NCBI RefSeq assembly: GCF_006345805.1
Contig: NC_043000.1
Coordinates: 155,310,001-155,374,000 of the forward strand
Length of the DNA: 64,000 nt
Source: Octopus sinensis
Taxonomy: Eukaryota
Direction of reading: 5' to 3'
This document shows, piece after piece, positions 14,200 to 27,800 of this stretch (its first letter is position 1; each line of letters opens with the position of its first letter). The notes under the pieces are model-generated. The model was not told the origin of the DNA, searched no databases, and was given only the letters and a program-made list of their open reading frames with translations. A program made the position numbers and the translations under genes.

Positions 14200-15200
14200 T
14201 GTTATAGGGGTCATTGCCCGTGTAAATTTGGCGAAATGGAGGAAATTTTTTGAATTTTTGTGTATTTATGGAAGGTCATAAAATACAGGTGTTCTTTGTT
14301 CTGACCAACAAAATTCAGTGCCATTTATGAAATTGTTTTCTTCCATTTTCCAAATTATTTTAACTAGTTCCTCTTTGTAGTTGGGGCTTAGATCTATAGG
14401 TAATTCTGCATGAGAGGTTTTGTCAGTTAAAATTTCTTCACAAGCTGAAATATACTCATCCCAGTCCATAATTACGATAGCACCCCCACCTTAACTACCA
14501 TTTTAATAACAATAGAATCATTGTTAACTAGATGACTAAGAGACATTGCAGTGGGAGTTTGTGAGCTTATTCTAGGTAAGGTTTAGGGTTAAAGCTATAA
14601 GATTTTCTGATACCGACAAAGTTCATAAAATTCTTGCAGCGCTTCTTCTGTGCGTTCCTCCTGAACTTAAGCCGGATACAAATTTCGATTTTTTCAATCC
14701 AATTATGCCTGATTCAAACATCATCGTCGTTGTCATCATCGTCATCATCATCGTCATCATCATCATCATCATTGTCATTGTCGCCGTGTCGTCGTCGCCA
14801 CGGTCGTCATCACTGTCGTCATCATTTTGAACAAACATGGTAAACACGTTACCATATTTTTCAAAAGGAAAAAAAATGTCTTTAAGCTTATGACAGCGGA
14901 CAAACTGACAGAATACTTGAGCAGGTTTATCTTTGTCAAAATTCTTAGTGCTTGGGAAGAAAGTCAGTCTAAGATTAAGACAGAGATATTGTCCGGTGAG
15001 AGTTTTTACATTTTCTCCTACTGCCTTCTCTTTTCCCCTTGTTATTAGTAATGAAAAGTGAATATTGATGATGTCATCTTGTCTAAAAAGCAACGCATGA
15101 TATTCAAATTTCAATTCTGAATTTCTGTATATCTTCGTAGTTTTCATTTTGAAACTATGGAAGACGGGTATATTGTCGAAATATTGTTCACTTCAATAAA
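14200..15200 (-). pseudogene. Penelope-like element RT remnant
   Basis: GAIVIMDWDEYISACEEILTD and PVFYDLP*IHK (Penelope DKG..V.M / FY.LPKIHK motifs); degenerate hammerhead-like GAAGACGG...GTCGAAA followed by AATAAA on the opposite strand at ~15160-15200. Confidence 0.7.
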
Positions 15201-15275
15201 GGGTATCAATCAATCTGTATTAGAAATCTTCTTCCGCATTTACCTTCGTGGGGAGTTTCGTCAATCTTCATAACT

Positions 15276-17122
15276 TATTATTATTATTATTATTGCTTTT
15301 GCACAGCTTCTAACGCTGGAGATGTACTACGGTGGCAGCTGTTCACTACCAGTGAACTTAGGTAACAGCTCTTATTTTTCGAGCAACTTCTGGAGTATTC
15401 GAGCGGTTCCAAGCAATGCTGTTTTCTGCAAGTGTTGCAGCCCCTATTTGTTCCATGTACTTCTCGAGATTTTTGCTCACTGTTCCCAGGGCTCCGAAAA
15501 TAAATGGTACTACTGCTACCTTTTTCATTGACCACAACTGTTTAATCTCCCAAGCTAACCTGTCATATCTATCGACTTTTCTTTCTTCCTTATTGCATAC
15601 CTTGTTGTCAGCTCTGCATGCTCTATCTATGATCCAGAATAGCTTGTTTTCTTTTTCAATTAAGACTATGTCCGGTTTCCTATTCTCGATCTCATGGTCG
15701 CACTGAATCATAAAATCCAATAGGATCTTTGCATTTCTATTTTCGACAATAACTTCAGGTTTGTGGTCTTACTTGATGCAAAGTGCCCAATGGCACGAGT
15801 CTGGCTATATTGTCGTGACGTCTCTTATATTCCTTCTGGGCTAGTGGCATACATTGGCAGGTAATATGTACGGTTTCACCGTTTTGTCCACAGATTCTGC
15901 ACTTATCACTTTCTGATGTGCTGTCTATTCTGTATTTTATGTAGTTTGTTCTTAGTGCTTGCTCTTGGGCAGCATAGATTAGAGCCTCCAGTTCGGGTTT
16001 TAAATCACTTTTAGTCTTCCACAACAATCTTTTTACTCTGCCTGTCTTATCTTCAACATCCCTATGAAATTGACCTTGCATTCTATTCTTTACCCACCTA
16101 TTTTTTGTTTCATTCGTTTTTTAATTTCTTGTGAAGCCTGACCTTCTTACTTCTACTATTAGCGGTTCTGTAGCATTTTTTACATACCATGCTATGTTGT
16201 TCTCTTCTGCTCTAATGCTGTGTTCGTATCCAATAAGTCCTCTTCCCCTTCTTTTTCTTGATACATACAGTTTGTCTGTCACTTTTTGGGTGGAATGACC
16301 CATATCTAATTAGCAACTTTCTTGTGTTTCTGTCTAAGCTGTTTAGTTCGTCTACTGTTCATGTGATTACCCCTCCTCCATATCAGGTGTTGATAGCATC
16401 GATCTTATTCCATGCGTTTAATTTCGACTGAAAAATTTCGATTTTAAGGTTGCAAATAATGTCGCTATCGTTCTCCTGTAGTCTTAACTTTATCCTGTCG
16501 TAGATTGTCTTTTGTTCATCTGTCATGTCGCTATTAGTTTTATCGTCTTCTTTTAGATCATCTATATGCCTCTCATCAAGTAAACTACCACTACTCCATT
16601 CTTGTGCTATGAGATTACTGTTATTAGTAAGAACTGTATTTTCATTCTTATCTATGCTGCTATTGTCCATGATCCGTCTTTCGATAGCTTCGAGCTCTAC
16701 TTCTGTGAACCAACAATTTTTTCTTATTGCTCTAGCTTGAACACATAGTCTCTGTTCCGTGAGTTGAAACTATCCCTTTTCTCTCCAATGATCATACATA
16801 CGTTGTCGGTAACCCCTAATTTGAGCACTATTTTCATCTACCGGGCTGCTCAGGTAGTAACACTCCATGACCACAGCATAAATTTGTTTGCTCCATCTAC
16901 GCCGTCTGTGGTGGTCCCTTTCTGGATATCGACAAGCTGGAGCCGGACCAGAATCTCTGAGCTTACCGGGTGGAACATTGTCACCGTCATTGGCTTCAGT
17001 TTCATTTCATTGTCACTCATATGAGGTAGCGATTATCAGGTTGCGCAATTACCAATGTTTTTATTGTGACACCACTAGATGTATTATTATTAGCCCATAA
17101 GGAGACTCCACCCGTTTCCTTT
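15276..17122 (-). mobile_element. R4/Dong-like non-LTR retrotransposon (RLE endonuclease), internally deleted
   Basis: CRICGQNGETVHITCQC zinc knuckle, RKPDIVLIEK...IID RLE motif, VVP..IFGALG C-terminus; flanked by (TAA)n on both sides. Confidence 0.85.
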
Positions 17123-17261
17123 CATTATTATTATTATCATCACTGATATCACTGGTATTATTATTATATTATTATTATTATATTATTATTATTATTATTA
17201 TTATAATTGGTGGTGGTGGTGGTGGTGGTGGTTGTAGTAGTGGTGGTAATGGTGGTGGTAC

Positions 17262-17498
17262 GGCGGTGAGCTGGCAGAAGCGTTAGCGCGCCGGGCGAAA
17301 TGCTTAGCGGTATTTCGTCTGCCACTACGTTCTGAGTTCAAATTCCGCCGAGGTCGACTTTGTCTTTCATCCTTTCGGAGTCGATTAAAATAAGTACCAG
17401 TTACGCACTGGGGTCGATATAATCGGCTTAATCCGTTTGTCTGTCCTTGTTTGTCCCCTCTGTGTTTAGCCCCTTGTGGGTAGTAATGAAATAGGTAT
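17262..17498 (+). mobile_element. SINE family B, full length
   Basis: tRNA-like head with GAGTTCAAATTC B box; central CTTTCATCCTTTCGGAGTCGAT...AAGTACCAG domain of the kind shared by many animal SINEs. Confidence 0.9.
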
Positions 17499-18522
17499 TG
17501 GTGATGGTGGTGGTAGTAGCATTAGTAGTGGTAGTAGTGGTAGTAGATGGATAGTTAATATTAATAAGGATTTCTTTTATTGGCCACAAGGGCCCTATAC
17601 ATTAGCATTAAAAAACTGAAATTGTATAACCCCGCAAATTAAAACAACACAGAAACGGTTGTGTATTGCTCCATGTTAATTACAATCGTAACGAGGGAGA
17701 AATTGGTTTTTCGTTAAACAACGAATTTGGTGTAACTCCTTAACTTTTCAACTTACGTCTTAACAACATTTTAAAATTTTGTTTCGTTAATTAATGCGCT
17801 GTTATCATTTTTTTTACGACGGATAATTATAATCAGGTTTCATTATCTCCTACATCTATTTGCAAAATTCCTATCGTATTTTCATTTGTCATCTTCTAAC
17901 ACAGGTAGACGTTCATATTAATACAATTATTTCTCTGAAGGTTACTGGTGAGGTGTGTGTAGAACAGCATCGTTACGTTGTTATGTCTCCTAATCTTTCT
18001 TTCTTTTTTACGGAGTTATAATAATGATATCAGTGGGAACCATTTCCTTTCTCATCAGGAGTATATGTGTTATTGCTTAGCGTTGAACAAGTCCCATGCA
18101 TCAGCGTAAAATACCTGAAAAGATCTAATTATTTATGACAACGTCAGGATAAGCAATATCTCCTATACCTGTATTTACATATCCCAGAGAAACACAATAT
18201 TCTTATTTTTTTCTTCAGCTTCACTTGTTTATACCTCATTACTTTCCACAAATACTTTGTTTTCATGCATATTTTCCCATTAAAGCTTTAATGTTATATA
18301 TATGTACGTTGTTTATTTTATATTTAGGGCCATGTTATGAAGTTTGTCTAATTTTTAATTTGCTTTTTATTTTTTTCTGAACCAATAAGCTTATGTTCGC
18401 CACATTGGCGGATTAATAACACGGCTATGATAACAAAAGCTGATATATTCCCCACAAAATTGGGTAGAGGAATATTACCAGAGGCCGCCTCAGAGGAAGA
18501 AAGAAAGACAAATCTATGAAAA

Positions 18523-18696
18523 GGCGCATGTGTAGCTGTATGGTAAGAAGTTTGCTTTCCAACAACCTGATTCGGGGTTTAATTCCCTGAGTGGCACCAT
18601 GGACAAGTGAATTTTACTATAGCTCTGGGCCGATGAAACCCACGTGAGTGGATTGGGTAAATGGAGGTGGAAAGAAACTTTTCATATACATGTATG

Positions 18697-18781
<85 letters not shown>

Positions 18782-18912
18782 TTGAGTAGTTGAATGAATT
18801 ATCTTATTAAGGATAATTCGAAAGATACCGATACCTGGGTAGCAAATTCACATCAGAAAGAACACGGTTGAAGTTACGTCCCTAGGGCATAGACTCCATT
18901 CTTTCATATACT

Positions 18913-18943
<31 letters not shown>

Positions 18944-19225
18944 GAGTGTGAGTGTGTGTCTCTGTGCGTATCTGCGTGTGTCTGTGTCTTTATGTCTGTG
19001 TTTGTCCTCTCCACCATCGCTTGACAAATGGTGCTGGTGTCTTTACGTCTCCGTGACTTAGCGGTTCGGCAAAATAGCCGATAGAATAAGTACTACGCTT
19101 TTTTAAAAAAATAAGTACTGGGATCTGTACATTCATCGATACATTCGACTAAAAATTCTTCAAGACAGTGCCCCAGCATGACCGCAGTCTAACGACTGAA
19201 ACAAATAAAAGATAAAAGATAAAAT
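18523..19225 (+). mobile_element. Diverged SINE family A split by (TA)n expansion and a ~130-bp insert (18782-18915)
   Basis: Head 18523-18690 and tail 18960-19225 both match family A. Confidence 0.75.
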
Positions 19226-19829
19226 TAGAAAAGGTAACCACAGTATTTTTGAATTTTGTAATAGATTTCGTGCACAGTTCTGTGTTGATAAAAAGGTATT
19301 TTTAGATAGAGAAAGAAAGAGAAAGTAAAAGAGACTGTTACTGTTTAACCCAAGGTCACACTTCATTAGACATACCTCCTTTGATCGTTTATGTCTTTGC
19401 CATACTGAGAACCTTTTCAAACATTTTGTATCAAAGATTTTAATTTGTAATCTGCTAGATTTAGTTGATATCTTTAGCAGATGAAAGGATTGCATAAAAG
19501 CTCGCTTCTTGCGAGACAGTGTGTGCATGTGACCATTTGCGTGTATGTCAGTACATGTGTATGTGTGTGTGTGTGCGTGTGCGGGTGCATGTAAGAGAGA
19601 GTGTGAGACAAAAGGGAGAGATAGAAACAAAGAGAGAGAGAGATAAAAGATGAAATGGTATTAAGAACTCAGGTCATCCCTGATCTAGGAGACCTATGAC
19701 CAAAGGCATTCCGGTCTTGACCACATAATCTTAAACTACTTTAGTCTCTGACTGTGTCCTTTCTTTACCTAAGATAATAGAAGAAATCGAGACAGAAAGA
19801 GACAGAAAGAGAAGCAGAGAGAGTCGGGG

Positions 19830-19883
<54 letters not shown>

Positions 19884-20399
19884 GTAGAGAGACAGAGAGG
19901 TAGCTAGAAATAATTACACAAAATTGTGTTTATGGGCACACGGTTATTTTCATTTATGCTACTAAAATAAGATGTGCTAGGAACTGCAGAGAAACGAACT
20001 AATTTCCTTACATTACCTCTCTTCACTTCTTTAATTTTACTTTTAATTCTGCTGAGAGGAAATCGAAGTTCCTAGATCAGTAGCGAGTAGCACAAAATTA
20101 AAACGTTGCCCATAAATTAAAATAGATAATAAAAACACAACTTTCCCTAACATATTTTGTTTTATTTGTTTTGCAAATTTTTTCGAATTTCTATGTTTTA
20201 AACACTGGAGTTAACGTTTTTTTTTCTTTCATAAAATGCCAATAGGTTGGATTTCATTTACTTATTTGGTAATTTCATTCCCCTCTTCGCTAATCTCTTC
20301 CCGAGTTTTCTTTTTCTTAGAAGTGAATAAAGTTCCGTTAGGCGAATCATTGCAACAAATATTTTATTCTTCAAATTTCATTGTAAATCTTAAAATCAA

Positions 20400-20520
20400 A
20401 GAATGAAGTTCCCAAATCCATATTTTTTTAGTCTTTGTTTTGGTAGAGATTTATTTTGAAAACATTCTTCCAACTGTGGCATTGCTTACTGGGTGATCTG
20501 GCAAATCTAGTAATCCACCT
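20400..20520 (-). pseudogene. Possible hAT transposase C-terminal remnant
   Basis: Minus-strand PVSNATVGRMFSK*ISTKTK resembles the hAT dimerisation motif PxSxAxxERxFS. Confidence 0.4.
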
Positions 20521-21005
20521 TCGCTAGCTGCATTTTAAGTGTTGCTGGTCTGGAAAAAATTTCTGAACGGACAATAGCAATTTCTTCAGAAAATATAGTT
20601 TCCGACTCAAGTGTTATCTATTTGTGTCAAAGTTGAAGGGAGAGAGATGGTAAAGATGAGCGATTATTACCAAAACAAATATACATCAGGGAAAAACTTT
20701 TAATCTTTAGAACGTTTTCAATATTTGTAGGTTCGCTCGTCTCTAGAAGTTTAGATAGGATTTTCTGTACAGGGCTTTCATTACTTTTGGAAAATTTCCT
20801 GTTGCTGGCGAAGAGGTTAGAAAGCTAGTAGCCTAGGTCAACTTTTTTATATAGGAGCTACTGTGATTAAGTGTCTATATTCGTTATAGACACTTATTTT
20901 AGTAGCACAGATATTCGTTAGAAGACTTCCTTATGAAGGATGCAAAATCCTTGAAGCAAAAACTATGGGAGCAAAAATTATGTTTTTTAAAAAACGCACA
21001 TAATA

Positions 21006-21422
21006 GGCGCAGGAGTGGCTGTGTGGTAAGTAGCTTGTTTATCAACCACATGGTTCCGGGTTCAGTCCCACTGCGTGGCACCTTGGGCAAGTGTCTTCTA
21101 CTATAGCCTCGGGCCGACCAAAGCCTTGTGAGTGGATTTGGTAGATGGAAACTGAAAGAAGCCCGTCGTATATATGTATATATATGTGTGTGTGCGTATG
21201 TGTTTGTGTGTCTGTGTTTGTCCCCCTAGCATTGCTTGACAACCGATGGTGATGTGTTTACGTCCCCGTCACTTAGCGGTTCGGCAAAAGAGAGCGATAA
21301 AATAAGTACTGGGCTTACAAAGAATAAGTCCCGGGGTCGAGTGTTGCTCGACTAAAGGTGGTGCTCCAGCATGGCCGCAGTCAAATGACTGAAACAAGTA
21401 AAAGAGTAAAAAAGTAAAGAGT
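21006..21422 (+). mobile_element. SINE family A, full length
   Basis: A box TGGCTGTGTGG, B box GGTTCAGTCCC, CORE-like ACCTTGGGCAAGT, internal (TA)/(TG) tract, LINE-like tail. Confidence 0.9.
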
Positions 21423-21888
21423 AATATATACTTTCAACTGAGGACGTAATATGCATTTTCTAGCATAATTTTTCACGTGGTTATTTAAAAAAGTAGAAAG
21501 CAGTTTTAACGCATTTCATTGACAAAGAATTCCTTTATAAAGTAAATTCTTCCTAACGATCACGTAAGTGAAAGAGGAATATTTTATTAAAAAATGGTTT
21601 CCTCCCTGGAGTATAGGCTTTGTCTGCATCACAACTCTGCCCTTCACCTAAAAGAGAGAAACGAAATCGTTAGCAAGTCATCAGGACACCAAAGCAATCG
21701 AATATTACAACATCGCCGGTGAAGATCACTCGCTTCGATCGGATGACATCCAGGAAGTATACGAATACAAACAACATATCCGGACCACCGTAGAGGTTTT
21801 TTTTAAATTTTTGTTCTTATTGCTGATGTTGCTATTGTTGTAGTTGCTTTATATTTAAACCCAGGTCAGACTTGGCCGAACAGAACTA

Positions 21889-22344
21889 TAATAGTTTTAA
21901 TCGAAAGCTTACTGACTTGCAGATTCAGTGGTGTCGCTACAAGTTATTGTGCCACGATACATAACTTGTTAAGAACATTAAAAGACTTCAACAGCAACGA
22001 AATCTAGATGAAGTTGAAGGGTTAACCACTGTAGAGTTCTACATTACAGATGATATATATATTTATTTAGTAAACAATTTACACAGCCCTTTCCGATCCG
22101 TAGGGGTGTAATTCAAAGGGTATCTGGTTGGTGTTTCGAAAACCTCATACAGTCTATTTTGTTGTAAAATTCGGTGAAGTAAGACAAGAGCAGACTTTCG
22201 GGTGATGGCGGACGTTTGACTCAGAACTGATGCAGACCGGATGAATTTGACTTAAATAATCAGTAGAAGAATTTATTAGCTGCCCCTTTCCGTAGGTTAT
22301 TGAGGAAATCAAGTATATGTACACGCGCGCACGCACACACACAC

Positions 22345-22391
<47 letters not shown>

Positions 22392-22443
22392 ATATATATA
22401 TACATATGTGTGTCAGTCAGTATGCTTTCGATTAAAACTATTA
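21889..22443. mobile_element. Candidate MITE with ~29-bp terminal inverted repeats
   Basis: TAATAGTTTTAATCGAAAGCTTACTGACT ... AGTCAGTATGCTTTCGATTAAAACTATTA (1 mismatch), TA on both flanks. Confidence 0.55.
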
Positions 22444-22599
22444 TATATGTATATATACATACATACATATATATATATATACATACATATACATACATAT
22501 ATATGCATATATATATACATATATATACATATACATATATATATTACATATATATACATATATATATACATATATATACATACATATATATACATATAT

Positions 22600-22643
<44 letters not shown>

Positions 22644-22807
22644 ATATATATACATACGCATGTGTGTGGAATATGTATATAAATATCTATATATATATGT
22701 ACATATACATACATATATACATATGTATATATATGTATACGTATTTATCTATCCATCCATCTATACATCTATCTTTCTATATCTATGTATCTCTCTCTCT
22801 CTATATA

Positions 22808-22867
<60 letters not shown>

Positions 22868-24584
22868 AGTATGTATGTATGTATGTATGTATGTATTATG
22901 TATGTATGTATGTATGTATGTATAGAAGAAAGGTTGGGAGTTAATGCATAAAATATAGCAATACAGCAAAAGTATAGCATGCCATATTAAATGCCACACC
23001 AAGACATCTTTCTTTTATTTTGTGCATTCAAAGACCGCCAAGGAGACCGCATCTGTTCTTTCGTCTCTGCTTTAATAAAAGATATAGCATACAATTACTA
23101 CGGTCCAGTCAATCAACGGCATTTCTTCCTTTAAATTAGCGGCCTTTGTGCTCGTGGAAGAAATAATTTCTTCGGTCTAAAAATTTCATTTTTGATGATT
23201 TCAGCAAGATAAAGCTGAATATATATGTAGGGACTTTCTATCATCCGCATCTTCTTCAATTACTTTAGCAATGAGAACGCAGTAAAATGTTATAATCAAC
23301 AATCGACCTAAGAAAATGAGATGTTCTGATGTTCATGCGTTTTCATTTTTAATTGAAGACTTTCCAATGAGAGTGAAATTTGATGGCGAATTTAATTCTC
23401 CATGAATTTATTGATTCTAGACTGACTGTTTGTTAGATAGAAAAAGAGATTAATCCTCGCCATTATTGGAAATTGTTATCAGATATTTCTACAACAAAGA
23501 ACACGTTGCCATCAAGAAAACTACACTAAGAAAAAAAAATACGTATATATATATGCATTCACTAGAAACCATTAGCAACTATGTCCATCCAGACTTACTA
23601 AGTAGTACAGCTGATTCAGACGGCATTTGAGATTTGAAATTCCCATAAGCAAAAAAAAAAAATAAATAAGTAAGTAATGTATAAAACATCAAACGACAGA
23701 TCGCTAAAAGTGGAAAGGTAAAACTACAGTGGTATTTTAAAATCTACGTTTCAAAGATATAATATATAAGTGAAAGACCAGGCAGAGTCATTAAATGCTA
23801 ACAAATAACAAATGCAGACGTTGTAATTTATATTGTCATCTCTCTGTCTCTCTCTGTCTCTGTCTCTGTCTCCTCGGAAGGAAAGAGAGAAATGAGACCA
23901 GACAAGAGAAGAACAAAAATAAAAACAATAATGTATCATTTTCTTAGAATAAAGCTGCAAAAGACGGAAAATGAAGTAGTTAAACTCTATATTGTAAGAT
24001 TATTAGAGTCACGGAGAGGACATTCATTATAAAACGATATGGAAAAATTGGATATGGAAGGGCGAAATGTGAAGCAATTTCTTTTGAAATTTCTGTACAA
24101 GGCTATTTTTTTTGGTAGAATAATTGTTGAATGAATGAACCGTGATATATTACTGGTATATATTTTAAACCAACTTGAGTGATATTGAGCTCAAAAGAGA
24201 GAATAATGAATCAATATTGACTCATTATTTTTACTACTTGACAGTAGTGAAAATATTTGAGGGAGGTACAAGAAACTGGAAACTTATGTAATATGTACAT
24301 TCCTGATATTATAATATTATAACTTCAGAACGAATTAAATATTAAGTGTAAATAAGAGTAAATAGGTATTAAGATTACACTACAAGGTTAATAAGTCTGC
24401 ATCCACATGAAGCAAATTAATTTCGTAGTCAGAAAAGATGTTGCCGTGTCTGTGTTTACGAAAAGCGTATTTTTCACAAACGTCGTTTAAAAGAAAGAGA
24501 ACACACAGAATATATTTATTCTGCTTTCAATCCAAAGAGAACGAATGAAACTTTTATACACACACACAACAACAACAACACACT

Positions 24585-24635
<51 letters not shown>

Positions 24636-24643
24636 GATACACA

Positions 24644-24819
24644 CTATTTTATTAAAACTGGAAAAACTTCACAAATTACAATTACTACTAAGAGTTTCAT
24701 ATAAGCGTTCGTCTGATAGTTGTGATAATACAGAATCTGTATTAACATAACTGTCTGACGAATGATCACATGAAACTCTGAGTAACAGATTTTGAATTGT
24801 TTCCGCTTTAATAAAATAG
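24644..24819. repeat. Imperfect palindrome (~176 bp) with hammerhead motifs in both arms
   Basis: CTATTTTATTAAA...TTTAATAAAATAG ends; centre AATACAGA-A-TCTGTATT. Confidence 0.85.
24751..24788 (+). ncRNA. Minimal type I hammerhead ribozyme motif
   Basis: CTGT-CTGACGA-ATG(ATCA)CAT-GAAAC-TCTGA-GTA-ACAG: intact CUGANGA/GAAA core, stems I-III pair, GUA cleavage triplet. Confidence 0.7.
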
Positions 24820-24881
24820 AATTTTGTTCTACCTTTAGTTTCCCTGTGCTATCCTTCCCACCATGCTTACTTGTGAGTATA

Positions 24882-27800
24882 TCAGGTCCAGTAAAAAGTA
24901 AGCAACATTCTCAAACATGAAGAATTTGTACCGGCTTTTCGCAGAGTTTTGAATGTTTTTTTAAACATTTTCTCACAATTGTCTGACAATACAGATGCCC
25001 AAATGCATCAATAAATTAACATTGGTATTTTTTTAACATTGTTACAATCATCTGTACTCTAACTGTCAAAGCACGATATTCGAGCAAGTTTGCAATTCAA
25101 CTTTAAAAAAAGGACATTGAGTAGCTGAAACAGTTCGCGATATCAACGAAACGTTCGCTCCGTATTTTGTGAGTTGGAGTTATTCATTTTTTGGTACTTG
25201 TTGGATTGTGCTATTGTTTGTGAAGAGGTGGGCTGTTAAATTTATATTTGTCATTGCTGAACATTTATTGAACGTTGTTGCTGTTAAGTCGTTAAAACAA
25301 TTGTTGTTTTTCCCCGTGCGGGGGAGCCAGCATTATGGCTAGTCCGAAGAAGCAAGATGTCAAGTTGGAGGAACTCATGGAGATGGTAGAATCACGTCTT
25401 CACGAAGATTCTGACGAAGAGAGTCCGCGATTGGGGAGGAATAGCTCACATGAACAAAAAGTAATGAAGCCGTCAACTTCGAGAAAGAATGTCGATGTAC
25501 CGAGTCTATTAACGAAAGAAAAAGGAGAAGAGAGAAAGGAAAAAAACTTAACCTTCGCAACATGGAAGAACATTAAAAAAATGTTAACAAGGGAGGGACA
25601 TAAAAACAAAGTGGCCCCTTCAAAGAGCATCCAGCAAGAGTTAGAAAAGAAACATTGATTTTCAAAACATACAAAGTCAAGGAAAGATAAATTGACTACG
25701 TTGTTGAGGCTGAAATTGAAAAATGCCTCAAGCCGATATGGAATAAGATAAAATATGTAACAAGAGAAAGACGGTTTGCAACGGTCGAGGTCAGGATGGA
25801 GTCGGAAGAAGAAGCCCAGCTCCATTCGGTCGAACCTTTGAAGACATAGGAAGTAGTGCTTCTGCCCATATACATGGATAGACGGACATCCGGAGTTAAT
25901 ATTGCGAATATTCCCCTTGAGGTGAACCCAAAGTGGCTCGTCGCGGCAGTGACGATGGGCCTGGAGGAAAAAAATACAGTTCTAGACGTTGCCAGCCTCA
26001 ATGCTTCCAGTGTGGAAAGAAGGGCCACCTCAGGGCAGACTGCAAACAGAAAGAAACCGAAAGAAGAAAGAAGTGACGGAGAAGGAGACTGAACAAGCGA
26101 TGTAGTCACAAGCGACACCAATGCCAGAAGAAGGGGAAGGGTGGTCTCTTGTCCAGTACACGAGCAAATTGAAACCACACTCCCCGGGAAAAGAAAAAGA
26201 AAAATAAGAGCCACGTCAATACAAAAAAGCGAGGAAACAAGAGAAGAAAAATGAAGAAGAAATCTGCTACATGGCGGTTCTCGTCTCGAATACAGATCTG
26301 ATGAACCGACTGGTAACGATACACGAATAAAAAACGGAAATACCGGAAAAATAAAAATGGTGTAGAAATTTACAAGACAAATAGCAAGAACTATAATATT
26401 TTGGTGAATGACTTCAGAAAAGATATTGGTCCTCTTAGATTGGCCATTTCTACAAACATCACTCTGACGCAAACGAGCTCGAGAAAAAGAAGAGGAGGCG
26501 GGTTCCCCCACCGCCTCCAGACACCGATAAAACGGCAATTCTTCTTATAGCTGTTCACGTAGGATGCATAAGTGTGCTTGGCCTGGTGTCGAGCTGGAAA
26601 CAAGGACATTTCCTAAATGACGTCAGGTCACAATGTTTAGACGTTATTGTTGCTACTGAAACTCGGTTAAAAGGGCCAAGAGATCTGCTCTCGCTCCTGA
26701 AACGCTACGAGAGATTCATTTCTCCAGGCCGGCCGGGGGGCAGGGGTGGAGCGTTGGTCCTACTTAAAAGAAACCGAGTTTCAGAGAAAAGTTAATTTGT
26801 TCAGATCCAGAGAAAATTAACTGGTCGTTTTAGACCTGACATTTAGTTGTGGTAAGGAAATCAGGCTGGTTGCTGTTTATGCACCCAATTCGAGTCAGAC
26901 TGATTATTATCGAGATTTGGAGAAGTTTCTAGGCACAACACGTTCATTAGTTGTGTTAGGAGATTTTACACTATCTTCGATGCACGCGTGGATAGTTTAG
27001 CTGAAATACTGATAGGAGACCTAACATTTGCTTCCGATATCTACTAAGTCGCTTTCAGCTAGTAGATCCCTACAGACTAGAATTCCAGGACGCTCTATTG
27101 GGGACATGGTCAACTAGCGATGGGTCTTCTAGGTCTTAGACAGGGTTTTTATTAGAAAACTAGATATAGTTACATGTCCACAATATCATCTGGTCAGTTA
27201 CAGCGACTATGTAAACTGTACATAGATAAGTTATGTAGTAAGGGATCCGTAGTAAGTCCCTTTTGGCAATTGAGGAATGCAGGAGCCGGATTAAGTTATT
27301 AATACAGAGAGCGTTGACCGGTTCCATTATCAATAACAAATGGTGGTACGCCCTCAAAAGAGCCATTAAATTTGAGTCTATTAGAAATAGTGCAGGTTTA
27401 GTGGCTAGAGGGCGTAGGAAGGAAATTGAATTAGTTAAGGGCCTAGAGGAAGCCATGAGAACTGGTGATGCATCCCAATGAAGGTGAAGAGATTAGAGTT
27501 AAACCAGCACCTCGAAGCCAAGCACATGGGGTGTATCGTCAGAGTTAGACTTCGTGCTATGGGGAGTGAGGGAATCAATGCCACTGGATGGGCACGTGTT
27601 GTTGAAGCTCAACGTGGAACGATTCCATAACTCGATCGTTGGCGAATTAGCAATGTGTGTTGATAAACGAACCCGAGATATGTCGGAATTTTCGGGAGTA
27701 CTTCATCCAGCTTTTCGCGGGAGCGATGGACCGGATAGTAGGACAGACCTTACGGACTTCCTCGCCGGGCTGCCGTGTCTCTTTGGGCTGGATGCAGGGA

